From: an uncultured Verrucomicrobiota bacterium | Lineage (GTDB): Bacteria > Verrucomicrobiota > Verrucomicrobiia > Verrucomicrobiales > V1-33 | DNA: 64,000 nucleotides | Direction: 5' to 3' | Assembly (NCBI GenBank): GCA_942492905.1 | Contig: OW818657.1 | Coordinates: 3,456,022 to 3,520,021, forward strand | In this document: positions 1-10,179 of the stretch, in pieces | How the letters are laid out: the number at the start of each line of letters is the position of its first letter | Position numbering within the stretch: the first letter of the stretch is position 1 | Program-made: the position numbers and the translations under genes | The notes under the pieces: model-generated | Databases searched by the model: none | What the model saw: only the letters and a program-made list of their open reading frames with translations | Told to the model about the DNA's origin: nothing

Positions 1-790
1 CCGCTCTGGCGCTGGCCGGGACTTAAACCCAGATAGGAGACGAGTTGCTGCGGACGCTGGAAGCGGTGGATGTCCCCGATCATGGCCAGGAGGGCGAAGG
101 CGTTGATGAGGCCGATGCCGAGGATTTTCATGAGCCGGAGCATGAGGGGTTCACCGCTGACCTGGGCGGCGATGAGGCGGCGCAGGGTGTCGCGCCGCTC
201 TTTTTGGACTTTGACCTGCTGGAGGTGGTCCGCGAGGAGGGCCTGCTGGAGCGGAGTCCAGTCGTGCTGGCGCATGACCCACGTGGCAAAGGCGGGGGTT
301 TCCATGCCGCGGCTGCCGGGCCGGACGGCGAATTGGTTGAGGAAGCCTTTGAAAGCGTTGGTGGCGGCGGTGTGATCGGAGACGGCGCTTTGATGGGCGT
401 GCAGGAAGCTGGCGGCGTCCGGCAGTGACAGGGTCGGGCTGCCAGACGCAGGGGGCGTTTCCGATGAGATAGACTTTGGCGATGCGCACGGCGGCGATTT
501 TGTCGTTGTCGCAATGGAGGGCGGCGTGGCGCCCGACGTGGGCGCTTTCCAAAACACAGGAGCGGCGGCCGAGGGCGTGGAGGCGGTGGCAGATCTCGAA
601 GCTGTTGGACCCGGCTTCCATGAGGAAGAGGTCGTCCGGGGTGCCCTGCGTGGCAGCCCAGTCGAGGAAGGCCGTGAGAGGGCGGTCGGCGTGGGATTCG
701 AGCTGCCGGGCATCGTGCAGGCTGGTGCCGCACAACACGGCCCAGGTGAAGGTATCCGGGTGGCAGTCCAGACCGATGATCCTTCCTTTG
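1..790 (-). mobile_element. IS110-family transposase gene, degraded (no canonical start, internal frameshift) and cut by the window edge
   Basis: Reverse-strand translation in the frame of ORF 151..738 gives a DEDD-type N-terminal domain (GRIIGLDCHPDTFTWAVLCG..LFLMEAGSNSFEICHRLHALGRRSCVLESAHV..NDKIAAVRIAKVYL). Sense is kept only by shifting one base near 415-425 into a second frame (DAASFLHAHQSAVSDH..LMLRLMKILGIGLINAFALLAMIGDIHRFQRPQQLVSYLGLSPGQRQSG). That is the hallmark IS116/IS110/IS902 C-terminal motif, and it runs off position 1. No ATG/GTG/TTG lies between the in-frame TGA at 901-903 and the GLDCH motif. Confidence 0.65.
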
Positions 791-1246
791 GCGGAAGGGG
801 CTGGCGCGGGGTAGGTTTCAAGGCCTCCGGCGGCGTTCCCCTGCCGCCCGTCCGCGGGAGGCTGGGGGGGATTTTGGTTTGGGTGGTTTTGAGGTGGTTT
901 TCATTGGATTTCCCTGGTGTCCCGGTGAAGGGATGGGGCAACCGGGCATGGGCGGCTGGATGTCCTGGGCTATGGACGGAAGGTTGCATTCAGGCATCCG
1001 GGGTCTTGCGCCCCATGAGAGTGCCTTCCGCCATGATTCAATCACAGAGAGGAGTAGTGAACTCAGCGAAATCATCGAATCGTTGGACCTTCAGCCACCC
1101 GTGCGTGTTGCAGGCACTCACGTGTTCCTGGAGAGGACATAGCATGGAACTTCACAGTCCGCACCGCGCCGGTTGCTGAATGACTTCATACCCTCACGGA
1201 AAGCACGGATAGTCAGCGCTTTTTGTCAGCGGCCCGCCCGCCCCCT

Positions 1247-2812
1247 TCAAGTCAGCAGGGTGCGGTCCAGGGTGCGGTATTGAATGGCTTCGAGGACATG
1301 GTCCGCCGTGATGTGATCCACCGCCGCCAGATCGGCGAGGGTGCGCGCGACCTTGAGGATGCGGTCGTGGGCCCGGGCACTGAAGTTGAGGTTGGTCATG
1401 GCGTGCTCCAGCAAGCCGGAAGCCTCGGAATCGATCACACAATGCTGGCGCAGCAGTCGCGGGCTGAGGGCGCTGTTGCTGGTGAGGCCGGCGCTCCGGT
1501 AACGGTCCTGCTGGAGCGTGCGGGCCGCCATGACGCGGGCGCGGATCTCCGCGGAGCTTTCCTCCGGAGCGGTGGAGGAGATTTGCCGGTAGTCCACATT
1601 CGGCACCTCGACATGAATATCGATCCGGTCGAGCAAAGGACCGCTGATCCGTTGCCGGTAGCGCGTGATCTGCATGGGATTGCAGCGGCATTCGCGTTTG
1701 GGGTCGCCGTAGTAGCCACACGGACAGGGATTCATGGCGGCCACCAGCATGAATTGGGCGGGGAACGTCATGCTGCCGGCGGCCCGGGAAATGGTGACCC
1801 GGCCATCCTCCAACGGTTGGCGCATGACCTCGAGGGTGGCGCGGTTGAACTCGGGCAGCTCATCCAGAAACAGGACGCCGTGATGGGCGATGGAGACTTC
1901 GCCCGGAGTGGGATTGGTGCCCCCGCCCAGCAGGCCGGCATCCGAGATGGTGTGGTGGGGCGAGCGGAACGGACGGTGGGCCAGCACGGAATGCCGGGCA
2001 TCCAGCAGACCGCAGATGCTATGGATGCGGGTGGTCTCGATCGCCTCCTCGCTGGTGAGGGGCGGCATGACGGTGGCGACGCGTTTGGCCAGCATGCTTT
2101 TCCCGGTGCCGGGCGGACCGACCATCAAAATGTTATGCCCGCCGGCGGCCGCAACTTCCACCGCCCGCTTCACGCTGTGCTGGCCTTTGACGTCGGAGAA
2201 GTCGATGTCGTAAGTCTGATCACAGCGGAACTCTTCAATGGTGCGGTGCCGGACCGGGAGCATACGCTGCAAGCCGGTGAGGTGGTGCCAGGCCTGCTGC
2301 AGGCTGGAAACCCCCACCACCCGGATGCCGGCGACAATGCTGGCTTCCTCCGCATTCTCGGCTGGGATGATGACCTCTTCCCGGCCCTGCGACCGGGCGG
2401 CTAGCGCAATGGAAAGAATGCCCTTTACTGATCGGACCCCGCCATCGAGGGCCAATTCCCCGACAATGGTGCAGCGGTCGAAAACTGATTTATCAAAGCC
2501 GGCCACGCGGTTGGAAATCATGCCGAGGGCCATCGGCAAATCGAAGCTGGGCCCTTCCTTTTTCAGATCCGCGGGAGCGAGGTTGACGGTGGTGCGTCCG
2601 CCGAGGGATCCGGGAAAGGCGCTGTTGGCGATGGCGGTCCAGACGCGGTCCCGGCTTTCCCGGACGGCGGTGTCAGGGAGGCCGACAATTACGGTGACGG
2701 CCTGCATTTCACCGGAACCCGAGGGCCCGGTTTCATTGACCTCCAATTCGACCTCCACGGCATCGACCCCACGCAGGGCGGCGGAATAGACACGGGTAAA
2801 TTCGCCAGGCAT
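1247..2812 (-). CDS. comM: YifB/ComM family Mg-chelatase-like AAA+ ATPase
   Basis: ORF 1247..2854. N-terminal Lon-protease-like region ([19 protein letters not shown]), Walker A ([13 protein letters not shown]), Walker B ([10 protein letters not shown]) and a ChlI-like C-terminus. Start set at MPGEF (2812) rather than the upstream ATG. Confidence 0.9.
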   Translation of the reverse strand: MPGEFTRVYSAALRGVDAVEVELEVNETGPSGSGEMQAVTVIVGLPDTAVRESRDRVWTAIANSAFPGSLGGRTTVNLAPADLKKEGPSFDLPMALGMISNRVAGFDKSVFDRCTIVGELALDGGVRSVKGILSIALAARSQGREEVIIPAENAEEASIVAGIRVVGVSSLQQAWHHLTGLQRMLPVRHRTIEEFRCDQTYDIDFSDVKGQHSVKRAVEVAAAGGHNILMVGPPGTGKSMLAKRVATVMPPLTSEEAIETTRIHSICGLLDARHSVLAHRPFRSPHHTISDAGLLGGGTNPTPGEVSIAHHGVLFLDELPEFNRATLEVMRQPLEDGRVTISRAAGSMTFPAQFMLVAAMNPCPCGYYGDPKRECRCNPMQITRYRQRISGPLLDRIDIHVEVPNVDYRQISSTAPEESSAEIRARVMAARTLQQDRYRSAGLTSNSALSPRLLRQHCVIDSEASGLLEHAMTNLNFSARAHDRILKVARTLADLAAVDHITADHVLEAIQYRTLDRTLLT

Positions 2813-2869
2813 GGGATTGGTTATGGATGATGGATACGACGGGTGGCAGGCCACCCCTGGGAAGCCGGC

Positions 2870-3640
2870 CTAACGAGGGAGGGCGTCCCGGATTTGAGCA
2901 GCATAGATGGCGGCGGCCTGGGCGGGGCTCTGGCCGGCAGGGGGATAAAGAATGCCGCGCGAGACATTGATGAGGAGAGGCGCCTGGCGCTGGCTGGCCG
3001 CGAGGGCCTGGACATCGCCGCCCTGGGCTCCGAGGCCGGGCACCAGCAGCGGGAGGTCATCGATTTTTGAGAGGACCTCTGCCGCGGCATTGGTCAGGCC
3101 GAGGACAAATCCCACTTCGGCGGGACGGCCGGCGGCGCGGCGGGCGAGGTCCTGCACCAGTTCAAAAACCTGCCGGCCATCGGCGAGGCGCTGCATTTCG
3201 ATATCCGCTGCTCCCGCGTTGGAGGTGACAGCGAGCAGATAGAGCCCGCGTCCCGCGTAGTCGAGGAAAGGCTCGATGGAGTCGAAGCCGAGGAAGGGAT
3301 TCAGGGTGACCGCGTCCACGTCCCAGGTGTCAAAAAAGGCCTTGGCGTAGTATTTCTGGGTCTCACCAATGTCGCTGCGTTTGGCATCCAGCAGCACGGG
3401 GATCTCCGTGGGAATGGCCGCGCGGACTTCCTCAAAGAGGGCAATCCCGGCCGAACCGGTGGCCTCGAAATAGGCGATGTTGGGCTTGAAGCAGGCTGCG
3501 TAAGGAGCGGTTTCGTCGACCGTGCGGAGGAGGAAGTCGCGGACATTCCCCTGGATCAGATCCGGCCGGGGATCGAGGCCAATGCAGAGATTGCTGCCGG
3601 TGGCGGCAATGCGGCGGGCGAGTTTTTCAGTGTAACGCAT
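2870..3640 (-). CDS. pyrF: orotidine 5'-phosphate decarboxylase (type 2)
   Basis: 256 aa. Motifs NLCIGLDPRPDL and LLDAKRSDIGETQKYYAKAFF are typical of type-2 OMP decarboxylases. It lies next to pyrC. Confidence 0.85.
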   Translation of the reverse strand: MRYTEKLARRIAATGSNLCIGLDPRPDLIQGNVRDFLLRTVDETAPYAACFKPNIAYFEATGSAGIALFEEVRAAIPTEIPVLLDAKRSDIGETQKYYAKAFFDTWDVDAVTLNPFLGFDSIEPFLDYAGRGLYLLAVTSNAGAADIEMQRLADGRQVFELVQDLARRAAGRPAEVGFVLGLTNAAAEVLSKIDDLPLLVPGLGAQGGDVQALAASQRQAPLLINVSRGILYPPAGQSPAQAAAIYAAQIRDALPR

Positions 3641-3800
3641 GGAGTTCAGTCAGAAGGTCAGGGAGCAAGGTTAGCGGAACCGGCCATGAATAGCACAGGC
3701 AGGACAGATGACACGGAATAGGTGAAAAAATGTGGGCGGCTTCCAGGAAGGCGGACTTCCAGCGGGCCGGCCCCTGGCGGCCACGCTGGGAGAGGGCTGC

Positions 3801-5075
3801 CTAGCACCGGTCCACCATGATCTTCCCTCCCAGCAGCACCAGCACGGCGGAGCCCCGCAGCGTCTGGTTGAGGAAAGGGGAATTATGGGACCGGGACTTC
3901 AGGGCTTCCGCCGTGAAGGTGGTCGCAGCCGCCGGGTCAAAGAGAACGGCGTTCACAGCTGAGTCTTCGGCGATGACCGGGACGTCCAGACCCAGCAGCC
4001 GGCGGGGCGCGGCGCAGAAGCGCTCGACGAGTATTTCCCAGGTGAGGAGACCTGGAGCAATCAGATGGTGGTGGAGCGCCGGCAGCGCGGTCGCCAGCCC
4101 CGTGATCCCGAAAGGAGCGGAGCCGAAATCGCGGGTTTTTTCAAACCAGGTGTGGGGCGTGTGGTCGGTGGCGAGAATATCGATCACCCCATCGCGCACG
4201 GCCTGGAGCAGGGCCAACCGGTCGGATTCCGGGCGCAGGGGAGGTTTCACTTTATACAACGTGTCATAATCGCCCACGGCCTCGTCGGTGAACAGCAAGT
4301 GATGAGGGAAGGCTTCGGCGGTGACGGCCACCCCTTCGCTCTTATAACGGCGGATGGTCTCCACACTGCGGGCCGTGCTGATGCCGCGGATGTGGATGCG
4401 GCTGCCGCAACTTTGAGCGAGCCGGATATCGCGGGCGATGCCAATTTCCTCCGCACAGGGGTGCAGGCCCGGCAGACCCAGCCGGTAGGACACCGGACCA
4501 TCGTGCATGGCCCCGGCTCCCGAGATTTCCCTGACATCGCAGGTGGTGGCCACCAGCACATCCAGTCCACGGGCATATTGGAGGGCGCGGCGCAGCACCT
4601 GGGGATTCGCCACTGGGTCCGGGTCATCGGTAATCATCACGGCCCCCCGGGACTGCATTTCGCCGATCTCTGCCAACTCCTGGCCGAGACGCCCCCGGGT
4701 GATACAACCGGCGACTTCAATCGGAATGCGGCCGGTGCGGGCGGCGATCTCCCGCAAACTATGCACCATGCCCCCATTGTCCACGGCCGGCACGGTATCG
4801 GGCATGGCGGTCAACCCCGTGAATCCACCCGCCAGAGCCGCCTCGCAGGCGGTGGCGATGGTTTCGCTGTCCTCCCGTCCAGGCTCGCGCAGGTGCGCAT
4901 GCATATCATAAAGGCCGGGCAGGAGGATTTTCCCCGTTCCATCCACCACCCTCACTTCGTCGGGGGCTTGCGAGGGAAAACTCCAACGGCCCTCGGCCAT
5001 CAGCACGTCCCGCACGGTGGTTTCCGTGCCGGGCGACACCACTTTCACATTCCGGATCAGCACACGTTCGTCCAT
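3801..5075 (-). CDS. pyrC: dihydroorotase
   Basis: 424 aa. Amidohydrolase metal-binding signature LPGLYDMHAHLREPGREDSETI, later ATDHTPH. Length and order match multifunctional-complex-type dihydroorotase. Confidence 0.9.
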   Translation of the reverse strand: MDERVLIRNVKVVSPGTETTVRDVLMAEGRWSFPSQAPDEVRVVDGTGKILLPGLYDMHAHLREPGREDSETIATACEAALAGGFTGLTAMPDTVPAVDNGGMVHSLREIAARTGRIPIEVAGCITRGRLGQELAEIGEMQSRGAVMITDDPDPVANPQVLRRALQYARGLDVLVATTCDVREISGAGAMHDGPVSYRLGLPGLHPCAEEIGIARDIRLAQSCGSRIHIRGISTARSVETIRRYKSEGVAVTAEAFPHHLLFTDEAVGDYDTLYKVKPPLRPESDRLALLQAVRDGVIDILATDHTPHTWFEKTRDFGSAPFGITGLATALPALHHHLIAPGLLTWEILVERFCAAPRRLLGLDVPVIAEDSAVNAVLFDPAAATTFTAEALKSRSHNSPFLNQTLRGSAVLVLLGGKIMVDRC

Positions 5076-5398
5076 TTGTTAATAATCCCGAGTAAACCGG
5101 AAGCCGTCCCGCTCCGCAACCATGGATTGCAGCCTGTCCGTATTCCCATCCTTCGCCTTGCCGGTCCGGGCAAGGTTCTCCCCGTAATCGTATCATGATA
5201 ATTCTGGAATTATTGCCGGGTGAGAGGACTCATCCTTGACTCATTGGGCGATTTCACTTCAGGGAACATGGATTTTCTCGTATGTGCGAAATATTTCTCG
5301 CCAAATGCTGGAATGGTGTTTAGTTTCTCTGAAATATCAGTCTCACCCGCAGATTTGAAACCCGATTTTCTTCCGACGACCCTATAAACACCACGATC

Positions 5399-6766
5399 AT
5401 GGCAAAAATTGTAATCATCGATGACGAAGCTCCCATTTTGGAACTGATCGGACAGGTCGGTCGCCGGATGGGCCATGAGGTCGCCCTTTTCCAGACCGGC
5501 CGCGAAGGCATGACGGGCTTGGAACGGCTCAAACCCGAGCTGCTCATCGTGGATCTCCGCATCCCGGACATGAATGGCCTGCAAATCATCCAGGAGTGCC
5601 GCCAGAAATATCCCCACACGCAGGTAGTGATGGTCACGGGCTATGGCAGCGTGGAAACGGCCGTCGAAGCCATGAAACTGGGGGCCTTTGATTATCTGAC
5701 CAAACCCTTCGAGTTGGATGACCTCCAGCGGATCATCAACCGGGCGATCCAGAAGGATGGCAGCCCCGCCCTGGTGCCGGTGCCGGTGGAAGCTTCTGTC
5801 CGCGCCACCGCCTCGTCCCATTTCATCGGCGAAAGCCCGCAGATGAAGGATATCCTGAGGTTGGTGCAAAAAATCGCCGACAAGGACAGCCCGGTCCTGC
5901 TGGAGGGGGAATTCGGGTCCGGCAAACAGATGGTGGCCCGCACCCTCCATAACAACAGCCGCCGCCACGACGCTCCCTTCAAGGTATTGCACTGTTCCTC
6001 CCTGCCCGAGGATCTGCTGGAGCAGGAACTTTTTGGCAATGCCACCAGCGCCCAGACCATTTTCAAGCGGGCCGAAGGCGGCACGGTGGTGCTTGAGGAA
6101 ATCAACATGCTCACGCTGCGTCTGCAAAGCGTGCTCGATTCGTTCCTGGAGGACATCAACACCCGCCGCATGAATGGCACCCTGCCCCGGCAGCTCGACT
6201 TCCGCTTCATCGCCACCTCCAGCGTGCCCATGGAACAATTGGTGCGTGAAGGCAAATTCCGCGAGGACCTTTATTACCGTATTTCGGTCATCCCGATGGT
6301 GATCCCGCCCCTGCGCAGCCGCCGCGAGGATATCCCGCCCCTGGTGGACCACTTCCTCTCCAATTACAGCCGGCTCACCGCTTCACCGCTCAAGGAAGTC
6401 GACAAATATGCCGCCCGGCTGCTACAGGACTACAACTGGCCCGGCAACGTCGGCGAACTCCAGAACGCCATCGAGCGCGCCTGCTCCTTTGCGGACGATA
6501 AACGAATCCGCCCGGTCGATCTTCCTCCCAAAATCACCCAGAAGGTCGAGATCACGGATGATGAGAATCAGAAGATGAAACACACCCTGCCCATCGGCAG
6601 CAAGCTGAACGACTTCATCAAAAAGCAGGAACGCCTCTTCATCCGCGAAACCCTCAAATACAACGAGGGCTCCCGCGAAAAGACTGCCTCGATGCTGGGA
6701 GTCTCCATTGCTACCCTTTACCGCAAGATGGGGCTCAAGCTGGAACGTGACAAGCTGATGGGCTGA
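5399..6766 (+). CDS. NtrC-family response regulator (receiver + AAA+ sigma-54-interaction-type domain + Fis-type HTH), GAFTGA loop absent
   Basis: Receiver domain (KIVIIDDE..LLIVDLRIPDMNG), Walker A variant GEFGSGK, Walker B VVLEEINML, arginine-finger region FREDLYYRISVIPMVIPPLRSRREDI, C-terminal HTH (KTASMLGVSIATLYRKM). Confidence 0.9.
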   Translation: MAKIVIIDDEAPILELIGQVGRRMGHEVALFQTGREGMTGLERLKPELLIVDLRIPDMNGLQIIQECRQKYPHTQVVMVTGYGSVETAVEAMKLGAFDYLTKPFELDDLQRIINRAIQKDGSPALVPVPVEASVRATASSHFIGESPQMKDILRLVQKIADKDSPVLLEGEFGSGKQMVARTLHNNSRRHDAPFKVLHCSSLPEDLLEQELFGNATSAQTIFKRAEGGTVVLEEINMLTLRLQSVLDSFLEDINTRRMNGTLPRQLDFRFIATSSVPMEQLVREGKFREDLYYRISVIPMVIPPLRSRREDIPPLVDHFLSNYSRLTASPLKEVDKYAARLLQDYNWPGNVGELQNAIERACSFADDKRIRPVDLPPKITQKVEITDDENQKMKHTLPIGSKLNDFIKKQERLFIRETLKYNEGSREKTASMLGVSIATLYRKMGLKLERDKLMG

Positions 6767-6815
6767 TGGCTCCCGGCCGCGTATCAGGATGATTTTTCCG
6801 GGATGCAGGCTGATC

Positions 6816-7484
6816 TCAGACCGCCCGCATGGCCGCGATGGCCGCTTCCATATCCGGAGCGCCAAACAGGGAACTGCCGGCCACCAGCACATTCGCGCCG
6901 GCGGCGGTGGCATCCACCGCCGTTTCCTGCGTGATTCCACCGTCCACCTCAATGTGGTATTTCAGACTGTGTTTTTCACGGTAGGCGCTGGCAGCGCGGA
7001 CGGTGTCGAGGGTGGCCGGGATCAGGGGTTGCCCCCCAAAACCCGGCACGACCGTCATGACCAGCAACAGATCGATCTGGTCCAGAAAGGGGATCACGGC
7101 AGAAAAATCCGTCTCCGGCCGCAGGGACAGTCCCGCCTGACAGCGGGCAGCGCGGATGCGACGCAGCGTTTCCGCGACGTCGTGTTGCGCCTCCACGTGG
7201 ATCGTGATGCCATCGGCCCCGGCTTTGATGAAACGGGGTAGAAAATGGTCCGGGCGCTCTATCATGAGATGGACATCCAGGAAGACATCATTCGTCTTGG
7301 AGAGGCATTCCACAAATTGCGGGCCAAAGGTAATATTGTCCACAAAGTGCCCGTCCATCACGTCACAATGCAGCCAGTCGGCCCCGGCGCGGATGGCACG
7401 GGAACATTCGTCAGGAAGCCGGCTCCAGTCAGCTGCGAGGAGGGAGGGAGCGATGATACGGGAAGTGCAGGGATGATGGATCAT
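6816..7484 (-). CDS. rpe: ribulose-phosphate 3-epimerase
   Basis: IIAPSLLAADWSRL..ADWLHCDVMDGHFVDNITFGP..VMTVVPGFGGQ..IEVDGGI. Start moved to MIHHP (7484) inside ORF 6816..7538. Confidence 0.9.
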   Translation of the reverse strand: MIHHPCTSRIIAPSLLAADWSRLPDECSRAIRAGADWLHCDVMDGHFVDNITFGPQFVECLSKTNDVFLDVHLMIERPDHFLPRFIKAGADGITIHVEAQHDVAETLRRIRAARCQAGLSLRPETDFSAVIPFLDQIDLLLVMTVVPGFGGQPLIPATLDTVRAASAYREKHSLKYHIEVDGGITQETAVDATAAGANVLVAGSSLFGAPDMEAAIAAMRAV

Positions 7485-7618
7485 GTGAAGAGCAGCCGGG
7501 AAACGTCCATCCATGGCACGGCATGGCCGGCCTGGCAACTCCGGGACGGCAGCATCGTGGCCAGTCCTTCAGACAGGCAGGATTTTTCCATTCTCCATCC
7601 CTTGAGGTCCCCGCGGGT

Positions 7619-8530
7619 TCAGGCTTTGCGGAAGGTGAGCTCGCGGGAGGTTTCGCGGCCCTGGCCAGTGAGGATGAGCCGGTCTGCGTGAAGGGCCAGG
7701 GTGGAAAAGGCGGTGGTATCGGCGGTTTCCACCATGCCTTTGAGATTCACAAAAGGCACCCCGTCGTGGAGACCGAAGTTGCCAACGTGGTTGTGGCCAT
7801 TGAACCAGGCCACCAGGTGCCGGTGGCGGCCGACGAGGACCAGCACGGCTTCGCTGTTCCAGAGATTCAGGGCGTGCGCCGGGAAGACCGGATGGTGGCT
7901 GAAAACGATGACCTTGAGTTGTTGGGCCGCCGCTTCGGTGCAGGTGCGGTCGAACCACTGCAACTGTTCAGGCCCGAGTCCACCATTCCAAGGCTGGGCT
8001 TGGGGAAGTTTGGCTTCTTTGGCCTGCTGCAGGGCCGCGCTGGCGGCGGCGTGCTCCGGCGTGCCGGGGAGGCGGGCGTAGGTGCTGAGGTCGTTGGTAT
8101 CCAGCATCACGAGGCGGAAGCCGGGCAGATCGAGGTGGGAATACCGCCGGGTGAGACCGAGGCGTTCCAGGACGCGGTTTTTGTATTCCGCCGCGACATC
8201 AAAATCGTGATTGCCCAACAAATGGTGAAAGCGGTGCCGGGAAGCGGCGAGGGGCTTCAGGATGGCGTCGTAGCTGCGCCAGTCGCGGTCGATGAGGTCT
8301 CCGAGGTGGAAGCAGGCGGCGAGCTCCTGACGATTGAACTGTTCGACGGCGTTGCCGAGCTTTCCGATGGACGCACGGTAGAAGCGGGTGTTCTCGGCCT
8401 CAACATCGGCATACTGGGCATCGGCGATGAGCCCGAGAGTGGTGAGAGGGGCCGCAGCGGCTTTCAAGATGGCAGGAGCTCCCAGGGTAAGGGCGCCGGT
8501 GGAGGTGAGGAAATTACGGCGGGTGAGCAT
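7619..8530 (-). CDS. TAT-signal metallophosphoesterase (calcineurin-like; ADP-ribose/CDP-alcohol diphosphatase-like)
   Basis: N-terminal twin-arginine-type signal MLTRRNFLTSTGALTLGAP. Phosphoesterase motifs HLGDLIDRD, LLGNHDF, FSHHP, GHNHVGN. Confidence 0.75.
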   Translation of the reverse strand: MLTRRNFLTSTGALTLGAPAILKAAAAPLTTLGLIADAQYADVEAENTRFYRASIGKLGNAVEQFNRQELAACFHLGDLIDRDWRSYDAILKPLAASRHRFHHLLGNHDFDVAAEYKNRVLERLGLTRRYSHLDLPGFRLVMLDTNDLSTYARLPGTPEHAAASAALQQAKEAKLPQAQPWNGGLGPEQLQWFDRTCTEAAAQQLKVIVFSHHPVFPAHALNLWNSEAVLVLVGRHRHLVAWFNGHNHVGNFGLHDGVPFVNLKGMVETADTTAFSTLALHADRLILTGQGRETSRELTFRKA

Positions 8531-8574
8531 GCAGGATTCATACCGGAATCAGGGTCGAAGGCAAGGGAGAGGTC

Positions 8575-9921
8575 TCAGACGGGACGGGCGCTGCTGGTGG
8601 TGCGGTGGCGGAGGGTGAGGGCGCTGAAGACCATGGTGAGCACGCAGCAGACGATCATGGCCAGGAAAACGCCGTTCCAGCCCCAATGGTCGGCGATCCA
8701 GCCCACTCCGGTGCCGGCAATGGCCGAGCCGAAGACGTATCCAAAAAAGCCCGTGAAGCCGGCGGCCGTGCCGGCCGCCTTTTTCGGCACCAGATCGAGG
8801 GCGTGCAGGCCAATGATCATGATGGGGCCATAGATGAAAAAGCCGATGGCGATCAATGCCGAGATATCAATCCAGAGCGGCCCCTGGCGGTTGAGTCCGT
8901 AGACCATGAGACCGGCGAGGGTCAGGGCCATGAACAGGATGGTGGCTGGCGCCCGGCTCCCTTTGAACACCCGGTCGGAAATCCAGCCGCACAGCAGGGT
9001 GCCGGGAATGCCGGCAAACTCGAAGGCAGCCCAGGCCACGCTGGATTGCTGGAAGGAAAAGCCCTTGGCGGTCTGCAGATAGGTGGGGATCCAATCCACC
9101 ACCCCATAACGCACGAAGTAGACGAAGGCATTGGCCACCGCGATGGCCCACAGGTATTTGTTATTCAGGACGTGACGGAAGAAGATCTCCTTGAAGGGGA
9201 GGGTGCGCTCGTGCTCCGGGGAATAGCCGGGCGGGTAGTCGTTCCGCCAGGACTCGATGGGCGGCAGTCCGCAGCTCTGCGGGGTATCCCGCAGCAGCAC
9301 GAGGATCAGCAGGGCGAGGACAGCGGCGATGATGGCATTGAAATAAAACTTGGCCCCCCAGTCGTGAAACAGCAGCACGCCCCAGAAGGCGATTTTGGCG
9401 ACCAGCCCACCGCCGACATTGTGCGCGACATTCCAAGCCGCGACGGTGACGCCACGCTCCCGGGTGCTCCACCAATGCACCATGGTTTTGCCGCAGGGGG
9501 GCCAGCCCATCCCATTGAACCAGCCATTCAGCGTCTGCAGGGCGATGATGGTATAGAGCGAACCGTAAATCCCCGGCACGGTGCCAAAGGCAAAAGTCAC
9601 GGCGGCCGACAGCAGCAGGCCGATGGTCATGAACCAGCGCGGATTGCTGCGGTCCGACACCGACCCCATGATGAATTTCGACACCCCATAGGCGATGGAC
9701 AGTCCGGTCATCGCGGTGCCGAGGGCCGCCTTGGAATACTGCGGGTAGTCCTTGAGGATGTCAGGAATGGCGAGGGCGAAGTTTTTCCGGACGAGGTAAA
9801 AGGCGGCGTAGCCGATGAAGATGCCCAGGAAAACCTGGCGGCGGAGGCGTTTGTATTCGGGATCGATCCGGCCTGGAGAAAGTGGGGCGGCCGCCGGGGC
9901 GGGTTGAAGGAAGCGGAACAT
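8575..9921 (-). CDS. MFS transporter, organophosphate:Pi antiporter (GlpT/UhpC-like) family
   Basis: 448 aa, about 12 hydrophobic segments. N-terminal YKRLRRQVFLGIFIGYAAFYLVRKNFALA is typical of the GlpT/UhpC/UhpT family. Confidence 0.85.
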   Translation of the reverse strand: MFRFLQPAPAAAPLSPGRIDPEYKRLRRQVFLGIFIGYAAFYLVRKNFALAIPDILKDYPQYSKAALGTAMTGLSIAYGVSKFIMGSVSDRSNPRWFMTIGLLLSAAVTFAFGTVPGIYGSLYTIIALQTLNGWFNGMGWPPCGKTMVHWWSTRERGVTVAAWNVAHNVGGGLVAKIAFWGVLLFHDWGAKFYFNAIIAAVLALLILVLLRDTPQSCGLPPIESWRNDYPPGYSPEHERTLPFKEIFFRHVLNNKYLWAIAVANAFVYFVRYGVVDWIPTYLQTAKGFSFQQSSVAWAAFEFAGIPGTLLCGWISDRVFKGSRAPATILFMALTLAGLMVYGLNRQGPLWIDISALIAIGFFIYGPIMIIGLHALDLVPKKAAGTAAGFTGFFGYVFGSAIAGTGVGWIADHWGWNGVFLAMIVCCVLTMVFSALTLRHRTTSSARPV

Positions 9922-10179
9922 GCTAAAGACTCTGACCGGCGGAAAACCGGTCGTCGATTGGACAGGAGTGGTAAATCAGAGAAACGTGCTCCCACGCAAG
10001 CAGGATTGATTTAGCGGATTTTAATCTCCAGAGGTTCCGGAGGGGGGCGCGGGATGGGTGAATTCCCTATCCAGGCCACGCCAAGCGGGGCAATGGCAGT
10101 TGCAGGCGGTTTTTTAAAGACTTTTCTGATTCCTTTTGGTTACAATTCCGTTTCATAGAGTTCCCCCACCTGTTCCGAC

